Positions 17,292 through 25,442 of a stretch of DNA of 64,000 nt are shown piece after piece. Where the stretch lies: the NCBI GenBank assembly GCA_963826085.1, contig CAWGVN010000002.1, forward strand, positions 1-64,000, read 5' to 3'. Position numbers and translations under genes: made by a program. The notes beneath the pieces are model-generated. The model was not told the DNA's origin. It saw nothing but the letters and a program-made list of their open reading frames with translations, and did not search any database. Each line of letters starts with the position of its first letter. Position 1 is the stretch's first letter. This stretch comes from an uncultured delta proteobacterium. GTDB lineage: Bacteria > Myxococcota_A > Polyangia > Polyangiales > Polyangiaceae.

Positions 17292-20003
17292 GTGAAGCTT
17301 GTCGGGTTCTGGTTGCTGCCGCTCGCCATTGTGCTTTCGGCCTGCTCGAACCTGGGAGAGATCCAGCCCGGCGTCTGCGGCAACGGGATCGTGGATCCGG
17401 GCGAGGACTGCGACGGGCCCGGTGCGGGCTGCGGCACGCTGGCCTCCGACCATCCCTGCCGCTTCGTGTGCGGCGCCGCGGCGGGGAGCTCCAATGCGAC
17501 CTGCCCGACCGGGTACGGTTGCGGTCACGACGGCGTGTGTCGCGCGGCCACCGGAAGTTTCGCGGAGCCGCAGGCGCTGCCCGGCGACCAGACCGTGGCC
17601 TTCTCCGTCGGCGACGTCGACGGCGACGGCAACGACGACATCGTGGGCGTCAACCAGGCCGGGTGGATCGGCGTGGACTATCTCGACGCAGGCGGGCTTG
17701 CCGCCACGGCGCGCTCGCACAGCGTGCAGTTGCCGTTTGCGCTGGGTCAGCTCACCGACGGCGACACGCGAGCCGACGTCGCCCATCTGCCGGGAGCCTC
17801 GGTCGGTGTGCTCACCGGCGGAGCCGATCGCAGCCTGACGCCGCAGGCCTACGCCGGCTTTGCAGTTCCCGCTTCCGGTTCCGGCAGGACGATCCTGTTC
17901 ACTCTCGACGCTGCCTACGTGCGGCCCGGGGAACAGGACTTCGAGAAGTTCGGCGGTCAGGAGTTCCTGGCCTGGACCGGTTCGCTGCTGTTCGTGCCGA
18001 TTGCGAACCAGAATCTGTTCTCCGTGGACGAGGCGAAGAGCACGCTCGCGCCCCGCCTCGCCGCGGGAGCCGTCCCCACCGGAAACATCGACGAGCGGGA
18101 GCAGACGTCGCCGTGCGACGAGTTCGTGCTCGCGGACCAGGGGTCGCCGGAAGTGTCGGTGTACACGCCGTGCAGTGGACCGGGCGAGCAGTGGAACACG
18201 GATCCGCACGCCTATCCGAAGGTGGAGCTGCCCGGTGGGGCGAAGGTGGGCGAAGGCGCGCTGCTCACCCGGATCAATCCGGGCGACAAGCACCTCGACC
18301 TGGTCATCGCCAGCCAGCCGTATCCCAACCCCGACCCGAGCAGCCCGATCTCGCAGGTCGCCGACATCTACGTCGCGTTCGGCGTCGGCGACGGCACGTT
18401 CAACAGCACTCCGCCGCCGGTCACGACGCCGGACCAGACGGCTGCGCTGCTGTTTCCCGGGATGTCGGGCCTGCCGCTCGCCACCGGGGATCTGAATGGC
18501 GACGGCGTCGACGACTTCGTGTTCCCGGACAGGGTGGTGGAGAGCGACCTGAAGACGTGCGCGGGGTGCTGGACCACCGTGCTGTCCGGTGAGGGATGGG
18601 CCCAGGCGCAGATCGCCGACTTCAACGGCAACGGCATCCCCGACTTCGTCACTGTCCCCATTGCAGGGCGCTACGTCGAGTTCTTCAACGGCACCGGCGG
18701 ACCGCTGTTCAACAAGTCCGAGATCCAGACCAACGGATACCCCAACGCGCTGACCCAGGGTGACTTCGACGGCAATCTGATCCCCGATATCGCAGTGGCG
18801 GAGGCCGGCGGCGTCGACGCTTGCCCTGGCACCGATCGCTCGGATTCCGTGTCGATCCTGTTCGGAAACGTGGGCGGGCCGCTGGGCTCTCCCCAGAGCA
18901 TGGGAAAGCTCGACTGCATTTCCCAGTTCGTGGCGGGCAACTTCTTCTTCGCCGCCGGAGTCGACTGGACTTCCGATCTCGCGGCGCTCGACGTGGCAGC
19001 GGACGGCAGCGAGCATGTCGCGCTGTTCGGGGGCTCGACCGCTCGCCAGCTCAGCGCGCCATTTCCACTCGATTCGACGGATTCGGTCAATTCCGATCTG
19101 GGGATCTCCATCCAGGCCGGCCAATTCGACAGCGACAAGTCGCACAGCGATCTGGCAGTGCTGGCGCTCGACGGGGCTCCGCCCCGCAAGCCGCGGCTGT
19201 GGGTGCTGCCGTCCACCGGAACCGCCAATCTGGAGAACGGATATCCCGCTCCGAACCTGGACCCGAAGACCGTACCGCTCGACGTGTGCTCGGCGCTCAC
19301 CGCGGAAGCCGACTTCGACGGCGATGGGATCGACGAGATGGTGCTGCTGGGGCGATCGTCCAAGGCGGGCGGTCTGGTCGCGATCGCCAAGGTCGATCCG
19401 AAGACCAAGGAGCTCCACATCGCCGCCACCCATCCGGTCTCCGACGTCGACTTGATCCAGCCCTCCATCTTCCGCTTCCAGTGCGCCGTCCGTCGCGATC
19501 CCCAGAATCCGGGCGTCGCGGACGCTCTGGATTCCACGCAGGTCCAGGTCACCGACATCGACGGAAAGAAGCAGATTGTCGTTCTGGGCGCGGCCGGCGG
19601 TTCGACGCCGCAGTCTGGACACGTGCTGCGCGCATTCTCCTGGCAGGGCGCCGGGCACGACATCGTCGAGTCGACCATTACGGCGCCGTCCGGTGTCGAT
19701 CCGCTGGGCTTTGCGGTCATGAACGCGGACGCCGACCCTGGGCCGGAAGTCGTGCTGGTGACTATCGACGGCGTGTTCGTCTCCAATCTGCAGGTCGCCT
19801 CCGACGGGTCGATGAAGCTCGGGCCGCTGTACTCGCCGGCGGGTGGCGAGCCGATCGCGCCGAACATGGTCATGCCGGGTATCGGCATCGAGGGCGTGAT
19901 CGGCGTCCGTCCGGGCGACTTCAACGGCGACGGCGTCCCGGATTTCGTCGTCGGGCACCAGACCGGGTTCAACGTCTACTACGGAGCTCCGGAGGTGCCA
20001 TGA
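17292..20003 (+). CDS. FG-GAP/VCBS-repeat lipoprotein with N-terminal Cys-rich repeat
   Basis: Signal peptide plus lipobox (IVLSAC), then Cys-rich GVCGNGIVDPGEDCDGPGAGCG (myxococcal Cys-rich repeat-like). Multiple FG-GAP-like Ca-binding loops follow: GDVDGDGNDDIV, GDLNGDGVDDFV, ADFNGNGIPDFV, GDFDGNLIPDIAV, ADFDGDGIDEMV, GDFNGDGVPDFVV. Confidence 0.8.
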   Translation: MKLVGFWLLPLAIVLSACSNLGEIQPGVCGNGIVDPGEDCDGPGAGCGTLASDHPCRFVCGAAAGSSNATCPTGYGCGHDGVCRAATGSFAEPQALPGDQTVAFSVGDVDGDGNDDIVGVNQAGWIGVDYLDAGGLAATARSHSVQLPFALGQLTDGDTRADVAHLPGASVGVLTGGADRSLTPQAYAGFAVPASGSGRTILFTLDAAYVRPGEQDFEKFGGQEFLAWTGSLLFVPIANQNLFSVDEAKSTLAPRLAAGAVPTGNIDEREQTSPCDEFVLADQGSPEVSVYTPCSGPGEQWNTDPHAYPKVELPGGAKVGEGALLTRINPGDKHLDLVIASQPYPNPDPSSPISQVADIYVAFGVGDGTFNSTPPPVTTPDQTAALLFPGMSGLPLATGDLNGDGVDDFVFPDRVVESDLKTCAGCWTTVLSGEGWAQAQIADFNGNGIPDFVTVPIAGRYVEFFNGTGGPLFNKSEIQTNGYPNALTQGDFDGNLIPDIAVAEAGGVDACPGTDRSDSVSILFGNVGGPLGSPQSMGKLDCISQFVAGNFFFAAGVDWTSDLAALDVAADGSEHVALFGGSTARQLSAPFPLDSTDSVNSDLGISIQAGQFDSDKSHSDLAVLALDGAPPRKPRLWVLPSTGTANLENGYPAPNLDPKTVPLDVCSALTAEADFDGDGIDEMVLLGRSSKAGGLVAIAKVDPKTKELHIAATHPVSDVDLIQPSIFRFQCAVRRDPQNPGVADALDSTQVQVTDIDGKKQIVVLGAAGGSTPQSGHVLRAFSWQGAGHDIVESTITAPSGVDPLGFAVMNADADPGPEVVLVTIDGVFVSNLQVASDGSMKLGPLYSPAGGEPIAPNMVMPGIGIEGVIGVRPGDFNGDGVPDFVVGHQTGFNVYYGAPEVP

Positions 20004-21220
20004 AGCGGCGCGCGGCTATCCTCGGGACTCTTCTGCTGGCGCTGGCCTCGCCGGCGCGCGCCGACACGGCGCGGGCGTACTTCGACATCGGCGCCAAGGC
20101 GTACGAAGCTGGCCGCTACCTGGACGCCGCGCACGCGTTCGAGGAGGCCTACCGCCTGTCGAAACGGCCGGGCCTGCTGTTCTCGCTCGGACAGGCGAAC
20201 CGCATGGAGTTCTTCGCCAGGAGCGATCCCGCGCGGCTGAGGGACGCGGTCCATTACTACAAGCTCTACGTCCAGCAGGCTCCGTCCGGGGACCGCGTCA
20301 AGGATGCAACGGCCGCGCTGACCACGCTCGCGCCCCTGCTGGAGAAGCTGGGCGACGCAGCGTCCTCGCCGTACGCCCCGGCCGCGTCCGGCAAGCCGCG
20401 CGTGATGATCTCGTCGCCGACCGAGGGCGCGCAGATCACGTTCGACGGCAAGCGCGTGAGCGACCCGTACATGGCCGAGGTCGCCGCCGGCAAGCACCAG
20501 GTCGTGCTTTCTGCGCCGGGATACAAGGACTACCGGCGGGAGATCGTCGTGGACGAGAAGAACGGCGTGCCCCCGCTCGATATCGCGCTTGAAGAGAAGC
20601 CCGCTCGGCTCGTCATCAACGCGCCGGAGGGCGCCGACGTGACCATCGACGGTCGGCTCCAGGGTACGACGCCGCTTCCGCCGCTCGGCGTGGCTTCTGG
20701 AACGCACTTCATCGCGGTGACTCTCAACGGTCACGGGGCGTTCAGCCGGACTGTCGCCCTCCAGCGCGGCGAGCAGAAGACCCTCGACGCCGAGCTGCAT
20801 GTTACCGGGCAGCGCACGGCGAGCTGGGTGCTGATGGGCGTTGGCGCGGGCGGCATCGTCGCCGGCGGCGTGCTCGGCTACGTCGCGCTGAAGAAGGATT
20901 CGGATGCCAAGGCGATCCAGAACGCCGACTCGTCGCAAGGCAATCTGCCGCCCGGCGAGCTGGGCCGCTACAACTCGCTGCGCCAGAGCCGCGACAACTT
21001 CCGGCTCGCTTCCGTCATCGCTTTCGGCGCCGGCGCCGGCGTGGCCGCAGTCGGCCTGGTCCTGCACGCATTCGACCAGCCGAAACCGCCGCTGCCTCCT
21101 CTCGAGCAGACGACGCCCGGTGCGCCCAGACGCACCACTCCCGAGCCCGGCTTCGAGATCAGCGCCGCGCCGCTCTGGCAGCCGGGGTTTGTCGGCGCGT
21201 CGGCGGGCGGGCGGTTCTGA
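20000..21220 (+). CDS. PEGA-domain protein with signal peptide and C-terminal TM helix
   Basis: The start overlaps the upstream stop (ATGA). Signal peptide MKRRAAILGTLLLALASPARA. Two PEGA-like modules (VMISSPTEGAQITFDGKRVSDPYMAEV...LSAPGYKDYRREIVV; LVINAPEGADVTIDGRLQGTTPLP...GTHFIAVTLNGHGAFSRTV), then a hydrophobic helix (WVLMGVGAGGIVAGGVLGYVAL). Confidence 0.75.
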   Translation: MKRRAAILGTLLLALASPARADTARAYFDIGAKAYEAGRYLDAAHAFEEAYRLSKRPGLLFSLGQANRMEFFARSDPARLRDAVHYYKLYVQQAPSGDRVKDATAALTTLAPLLEKLGDAASSPYAPAASGKPRVMISSPTEGAQITFDGKRVSDPYMAEVAAGKHQVVLSAPGYKDYRREIVVDEKNGVPPLDIALEEKPARLVINAPEGADVTIDGRLQGTTPLPPLGVASGTHFIAVTLNGHGAFSRTVALQRGEQKTLDAELHVTGQRTASWVLMGVGAGGIVAGGVLGYVALKKDSDAKAIQNADSSQGNLPPGELGRYNSLRQSRDNFRLASVIAFGAGAGVAAVGLVLHAFDQPKPPLPPLEQTTPGAPRRTTPEPGFEISAAPLWQPGFVGASAGGRF

Positions 21221-21223
21221 ACG

Positions 21224-22138
21224 TCAGGCGATCACGTCCGAGAACAATCCGCTGGAGACCCCGTTCGAAAACCAGGTCATGACGCGCGCGGCCGCCTCCG
21301 TCTCGCTGGCCTCTCCGAGCAGCGGAGCGACGCGCTCGAGCGCATCGCCGAGCGATTCGCCCGCGGCGAGCGCTTCGAACAGCGCCGCCATCGCCGGCTC
21401 GAGCTCCATGCGCCATATCGTCGCGCCCGTGCGGTAGACCGCAACGCTGGTAGCCCCAGCGGCGGGAACCGCGGGCGACCCGCCGCTGCGGAACGCCTGC
21501 AGATAGGCGTTCGCCGGATAGTCCAGCTTCAGGATCCGGAGCGAGGGATTGGCGACCAGGCGCGCCTCTCCCCAGGCGTCCGCGGGCACGCGCGCCAGAT
21601 CTTCCGGCGTGATCACGCTCGAGGTCGGCGCGTGGATGACGAGCACGATCGCCCACTCCAGGCTCGCGAGGTCCGCGGCGAAGCCGAGTTGCTCGTCGCG
21701 ACACAGCCCGGACATGTGCTGCCCGAACACGTTCAGGTTCGGCCCGGTCGACGGGAAGCGCGCGATGTACCTCCTGCACAGCGCGTTGAAGCGCTCCTCG
21801 CCGAGGTGGTGCTGGAGCACCGGGTAGTCGTCGGCGAGGCAGTCGACAAGCCGCGCGTGATAGCCGCGGCGGTAGATCTCCAGGCGCTCGAGCGAGCTGA
21901 GCGCTCTGCTGGGCGTCACGAGCGCGGCGGCAGAGCGGTCGTCGACGGGCGCCGGCTCCGACTCCGCCGTGGTGATGATCGCCTCGAACCACTGCTGCTG
22001 CGCGCGCAGGTCGAGCTTTGCCGGGAGCCATGCCGGAGCCGAGCCGTGGCGGGCGTGTGCGGGAACCTCGAGGTGCGCGGGCGTGGCGCTCGCGCGCTCG
22101 TGCGTGCCGATCGAATCCGCGGTGGCCTGCCGCTTCAC
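21224..22138 (-). CDS. DUF2063-family protein (MbnC/HvfC-like partner of DUF692)
   Basis: GTG start overlaps the DUF692 stop (GTGA). The N-terminus has ...LDLRAQQQWFEAIITTAESEPA...ERLEIYRRGYHARLVDCLADDYPVLQHHLGEERFNALCRRYIARFPS, the pattern I recall for DUF2063 N-terminal domains that always follow DUF692 genes. Confidence 0.7.
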   Translation of the reverse strand: MKRQATADSIGTHERASATPAHLEVPAHARHGSAPAWLPAKLDLRAQQQWFEAIITTAESEPAPVDDRSAAALVTPSRALSSLERLEIYRRGYHARLVDCLADDYPVLQHHLGEERFNALCRRYIARFPSTGPNLNVFGQHMSGLCRDEQLGFAADLASLEWAIVLVIHAPTSSVITPEDLARVPADAWGEARLVANPSLRILKLDYPANAYLQAFRSGGSPAVPAAGATSVAVYRTGATIWRMELEPAMAALFEALAAGESLGDALERVAPLLGEASETEAAARVMTWFSNGVSSGLFSDVIA

Positions 22139-22965
22139 GCGCTCGCTCCGACGAACTCGTGCGCCCGGAGCGCCTCCGCGTGGGTCTCCTCGAGGGACGG
22201 GATATCCACGTCCCACTCCAGCAGCACGCTGGCTCCGCCGGCCCGCTTGTGGGCGACGGCGAGCAGCTCCCACACCGGATCGATGACGGGGCCGATGTGC
22301 GAATCGATGATGTGCGTGCCGAAGTCCGTGTGGCCCGCGACGTGGAACTGGATCACCCGCTCGTAGGGTACGGCGTTCAAGTACTCCATCGGATCGAAGC
22401 CGTGGTTCTTCGAGGAGACGTAGACGTTGTTCACGTCGAGCAGGATCGCGCAGTCGGCGTCTTCCGCCAGGCGTCCGAGGAATTCCCACTCGCTCATGCT
22501 GGCGCCGGTAAGCTCGGCGTACGTGGACGGGTTCTCGAGCGCCAGCGGCGCGCCGAGGAAATCCTGGACCTCCCGCACGCGCGCTGCGACGTGCGCGAGC
22601 GCTTCCTCCGTGTAGGGCAGGGGAAGCAGATCGTGCGTGTTCCTGCCGGCGACGCCCGTCCAGCACAGATGGTCGGAGACCCAGAGGGCGCCGACGCGGT
22701 CGCGCAGAGCACGGAGCTCGGCGAGATAGTCGCGATCGAGCGGATCCGTCGAGCCGATGGACAGCGACACGCCGTGCATCACGACGGGATACGCGCCGGC
22801 GATCGCGTCGAGGTAGTCCAGCGGGCGGCCGGACGTGTGCATGTAGTTTTCGCTGATGATCTCGAAGAAGGCGACGGGCGGCCGATCCTCGACGATGCGC
22901 TGGTAGTGCTTCGTCCTCAGGCCGAGCCCGGCTCCGAGATCGGGCAGATCGAATCGCTTCTTCAT
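22135..22965 (-). CDS. DUF692-family protein (MbnB/HvfB-like multinuclear non-heme iron enzyme, TIM-barrel)
   Basis: MKKRFDLPDLGAGLGLRTKHYQRIVEDRPPVAFFEIISENYMHTSGRPLDYLDAIAGAYPVVMHGVSLSIGSTDPLDRDYL...WVSDHLCWTG...LALENPSTY...ILLDVNNVYVSSKNHGFDP...IQFHVAGH are hallmark DUF692 blocks. Confidence 0.85.
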   Translation of the reverse strand: MKKRFDLPDLGAGLGLRTKHYQRIVEDRPPVAFFEIISENYMHTSGRPLDYLDAIAGAYPVVMHGVSLSIGSTDPLDRDYLAELRALRDRVGALWVSDHLCWTGVAGRNTHDLLPLPYTEEALAHVAARVREVQDFLGAPLALENPSTYAELTGASMSEWEFLGRLAEDADCAILLDVNNVYVSSKNHGFDPMEYLNAVPYERVIQFHVAGHTDFGTHIIDSHIGPVIDPVWELLAVAHKRAGGASVLLEWDVDIPSLEETHAEALRAHEFVGASA

Positions 22966-23033
22966 GGGGCTCGAGCCGGACCGCACCGGCGTCTCCGGTG
23001 CGGTCCGTCCCGGATGCGATCAGCCGATGCCGA

Positions 23034-23309
23034 TCAGTTGCCGCCCGAGTCGCCGCCGCCCGTGTCGCTGCCGCCGCTCGAATCGTCGCCGCCGCTCTTC
23101 ATGCCCGTGCAGGAGTGCTTCTCCGGTGCCGGGGCCGGCGCTGCTCCCATTCCGCTGCCCGTGCAGGAGTGCTTGGCCGGCGCGGCCGCGGGTGTCGCGT
23201 CGCTGCCCGAGGGCGTGTTCGGTTGCGGGGTGGCGCCGCCGCCACAACCCGTGGCTCCCGCCAGGATCCCGCCGACTGCCGCCGTCAAAAGAGCATTCTT
23301 GATGTTCAT
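23034..23309 (-). CDS. small Cys-motif lipoprotein, candidate DUF692 substrate/precursor peptide (paralog 2)
   Basis: A 91-aa protein. Signal and lipobox MNIKNALLTAAVGGILAGATGC are nearly identical to paralog 1. The core carries two KHSCTG motifs (AKHSCTGSGMG...EKHSCTGMKSGG) and a Gly/Asp/Ser tail. It lies immediately upstream (same strand) of DUF692. Confidence 0.6.
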   Translation of the reverse strand: MNIKNALLTAAVGGILAGATGCGGGATPQPNTPSGSDATPAAAPAKHSCTGSGMGAAPAPAPEKHSCTGMKSGGDDSSGGSDTGGGDSGGN

Positions 23310-23558
23310 GTTCCCTCTTGTCAGGTTGCGTGAGTGCGCGCTCCGGCTTGGAGCTTGCCCCGGTATGTACGGGCCAGGCGGCAAGCCGTTACATCTGATC
23401 TCGCACTTCTCGTTCGATTCGAGGCTTGTCCAACGATTGACGCCCGTCAATCTGTATCTGATCTGGCGCCGCCTGCGCGCGGGGCGCCGGAGCCTGGGTG
23501 GTGGCGCCTGGAGCGCCGAGCACGGAGCGCGGCGCCCAGGCGCTGGAGTCGGAGGCGA

Positions 23559-23819
23559 TCAACCGTGGCAGCCGCCCTGGCCCTTGCAGTCGTTCATGCC
23601 CTTGCAGGCATGCGAGTCGGTCTTGCAGCCGCCCTGGCCCTTGCAGTCGTTCAGGCCCTTGCAGGCGTGCTTGGCGGGTGCTGCGGCCGGTGCCCCGGCG
23701 GGAGCGGCGGTGCCCGCGGACGGCGCGTTCGGCGCTGGGGTGGCGCCGCCACCGCAACCCGTAGCTCCGGCGAGGATTCCGCCCACAGCCGCTGTCAACA
23801 GAGTGCTCTTGATGTTCAT
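23559..23819 (-). CDS. small Cys-motif lipoprotein, candidate DUF692 substrate/precursor peptide (paralog 1, DUF2282/HvfA-like core)
   Basis: An 86-aa protein MNIKSTLLTAAVGGILAGATGC..., with core AKHACKGLNDCKGQGGCKTDSHACKGMNDCKGQGGCHG. That core is two tandem HACKG-x-NDCKGQGGC units and resembles the conserved Cys block (..CyG.akaGkNDCa...sCaGq..) of DUF2282 peptides that pair with DUF692/DUF2063. Confidence 0.7.
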   Translation of the reverse strand: MNIKSTLLTAAVGGILAGATGCGGGATPAPNAPSAGTAAPAGAPAAAPAKHACKGLNDCKGQGGCKTDSHACKGMNDCKGQGGCHG

Positions 23820-23963
23820 GGAGTTTCCTCTTCAGTTGATGAGGCAAGAATCCGCCTCGTGTCCACTTGTCTACGCAGAAGATGCTTATGCGGATCGCCC
23901 GGAGCCGTTACAGGGGACGCTCTGCATTCCGGCTGGCGAGGCTCGCCGCGGCCGCGGGAGCCG

Positions 23964-25400
23964 TCAATCCGAACGCGGTGAGACGATGGCTTTGCGGATC
24001 TTCGCGTCGGGCGCGGAATCGTCGAAGACAACCGCCTTGCCCGCCGCGCGCACGCCCAGCTTCTGGAACAGGGCACCCAGATCCGCGCTGCCCGGCGAAA
24101 GCGCGAGCCGGGCGTACAGATCGCGCAGCACATGGGTGCCCGTGGCCCGGTCGCCGACCTCCAGCACCTTCGAAATATCCCAGTAGTTCTGGTTGGTAGC
24201 GCCGGTCGCCCCGATGGCTCTGAGCACCGTGTCGAGCGAACGGGTGTTGCGCGTGCGCTCGCGGATTTCCACGTCCGCGAGCAGACAGAACAGCGCGCCT
24301 CCCCAGTAGGTGCGGCCCCAGGTCCGGGTCTTTTCCAGGCCCTGATCCCCCGGTCCCGGCAGGCCCTGGGGCAGCCCCTCGACCAGATCTCCCCACACCT
24401 TCTGCGGCGTCACGAGCCCGACACGTACGCGTGCGATGGGCTCCACGTACGTCGCCAGACCCTCCATGAGCCAGGCGTGCCGCCAGCCGAGGTCCGGGAA
24501 ATTCACGTGCAGGAGCTCGTGCGTCACGACCCAGTCGTCGCGCGTGTTGTCCGCCGTGACGCCGTCGCCGACGCGGATCAAGGTTGCGGGTCCTCCGCCG
24601 CCGAGCGTCAGGCCGCGCGTCGGCCCCTTCGAGCCCTTCATCACGAGGATGAGGGCGCGGTGCGCCGGCGGATGTCCGAGGTAGTACTTCGCGACCGCGC
24701 CCGTCGAGGCGTGGACCCACGAGAACACGTCGCGGTCGCTGAGCGGGAGGCGCGCCGGCGCGATGCCGACCTGGATCGTCGCGTCGCCGGCCGCGACGCT
24801 GCCCACGTGCACGGGACCGAACGCCGCAAAGCTCGAATCCTCCATGTCATCGACGTCCATCTCGAAGCCGTCCCCGCCGCGATGCACGCCCGTGATGAAA
24901 TGCGAGCCGGCGCCGGGGCTCACGTAGAACTCGAATTCCGAACCGCTCGGCGCCCGTGACGGATGGAGCAGCCACGACGACGGGGGCGCGAACACCACGT
25001 TGCCCGAAGCTATCGCGGTGTCGGGCGCGTCGATCGTGTCCGCTGCCCGCATGAGATCGAATCGATAGCGGACGCGGCAACCCTGCACGCACGGCACGGG
25101 CCACGCGGCGCCGCGACGCGCCACGGGGATCCAGCGCGATCCGCTTGCCACCGCGACGTCGTGCACGAAGGGTTGCGAGTCGGCGTCGATGGCGAGGCCG
25201 GGCGCCGGAGCGGAGCCGAAGCTCGCTTCCACGGCCAGCTCCTGGGCTTGCCGGGCGCTGACGGCATAGCGCCATGCCACGTGCGGCCCGGCAGGACGTG
25301 GTGGGTCGCGTGGCGCCCTGCTCGTGCAACCCAGCGTCACGACGACCAGCCCGGAAACCAGGAGGCCCCGGGCCGTGCGCTGTAACGCTCTCTTGCCGGC
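23964..25400 (-). CDS. putative zinc metallopeptidase lipoprotein (HExxH...E)
   Basis: The motif THELLHVNFPDLGWRHAWLMEGLATYVE (HExxH + Glu) sits in a roughly 480-aa ORF. An N-terminal signal-like KRALQRTARGLLVSGLVVVTLGC carries a lipobox. No canonical start codon was found just upstream of the signal peptide, so the 5' end is uncertain. Confidence 0.5.
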   Translation of the reverse strand, partial: AGKRALQRTARGLLVSGLVVVTLGCTSRAPRDPPRPAGPHVAWRYAVSARQAQELAVEASFGSAPAPGLAIDADSQPFVHDVAVASGSRWIPVARRGAAWPVPCVQGCRVRYRFDLMRAADTIDAPDTAIASGNVVFAPPSSWLLHPSRAPSGSEFEFYVSPGAGSHFITGVHRGGDGFEMDVDDMEDSSFAAFGPVHVGSVAAGDATIQVGIAPARLPLSDRDVFSWVHASTGAVAKYYLGHPPAHRALILVMKGSKGPTRGLTLGGGGPATLIRVGDGVTADNTRDDWVVTHELLHVNFPDLGWRHAWLMEGLATYVEPIARVRVGLVTPQKVWGDLVEGLPQGLPGPGDQGLEKTRTWGRTYWGGALFCLLADVEIRERTRNTRSLDTVLRAIGATGATNQNYWDISKVLEVGDRATGTHVLRDLYARLALSPGSADLGALFQKLGVRAAGKAVVFDDSAPDAKIRKAIVSPRSD

Positions 25401-25442
25401 GGCGTATGGACAGGAGACGCTCCTCCAGAAGAGGGAACCACC

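Noticed and set aside
17157-19958. Upstream 930 codons of the 1150-aa minus-strand ORF 16506..19958
   Set aside because: This portion is antisense to the FG-GAP lipoprotein gene and translates to Arg/Gly-rich junk. Only the last 216 codons (from MINLRNL...) look like a real gene and were kept.
23300-23560. Rho-independent terminator between the two precursor genes
   Set aside because: GC-rich palindromes are present but no U-tract follows on the coding (minus) strand. Kept only as a possible attenuator note inside a finding, not as a terminator feature.
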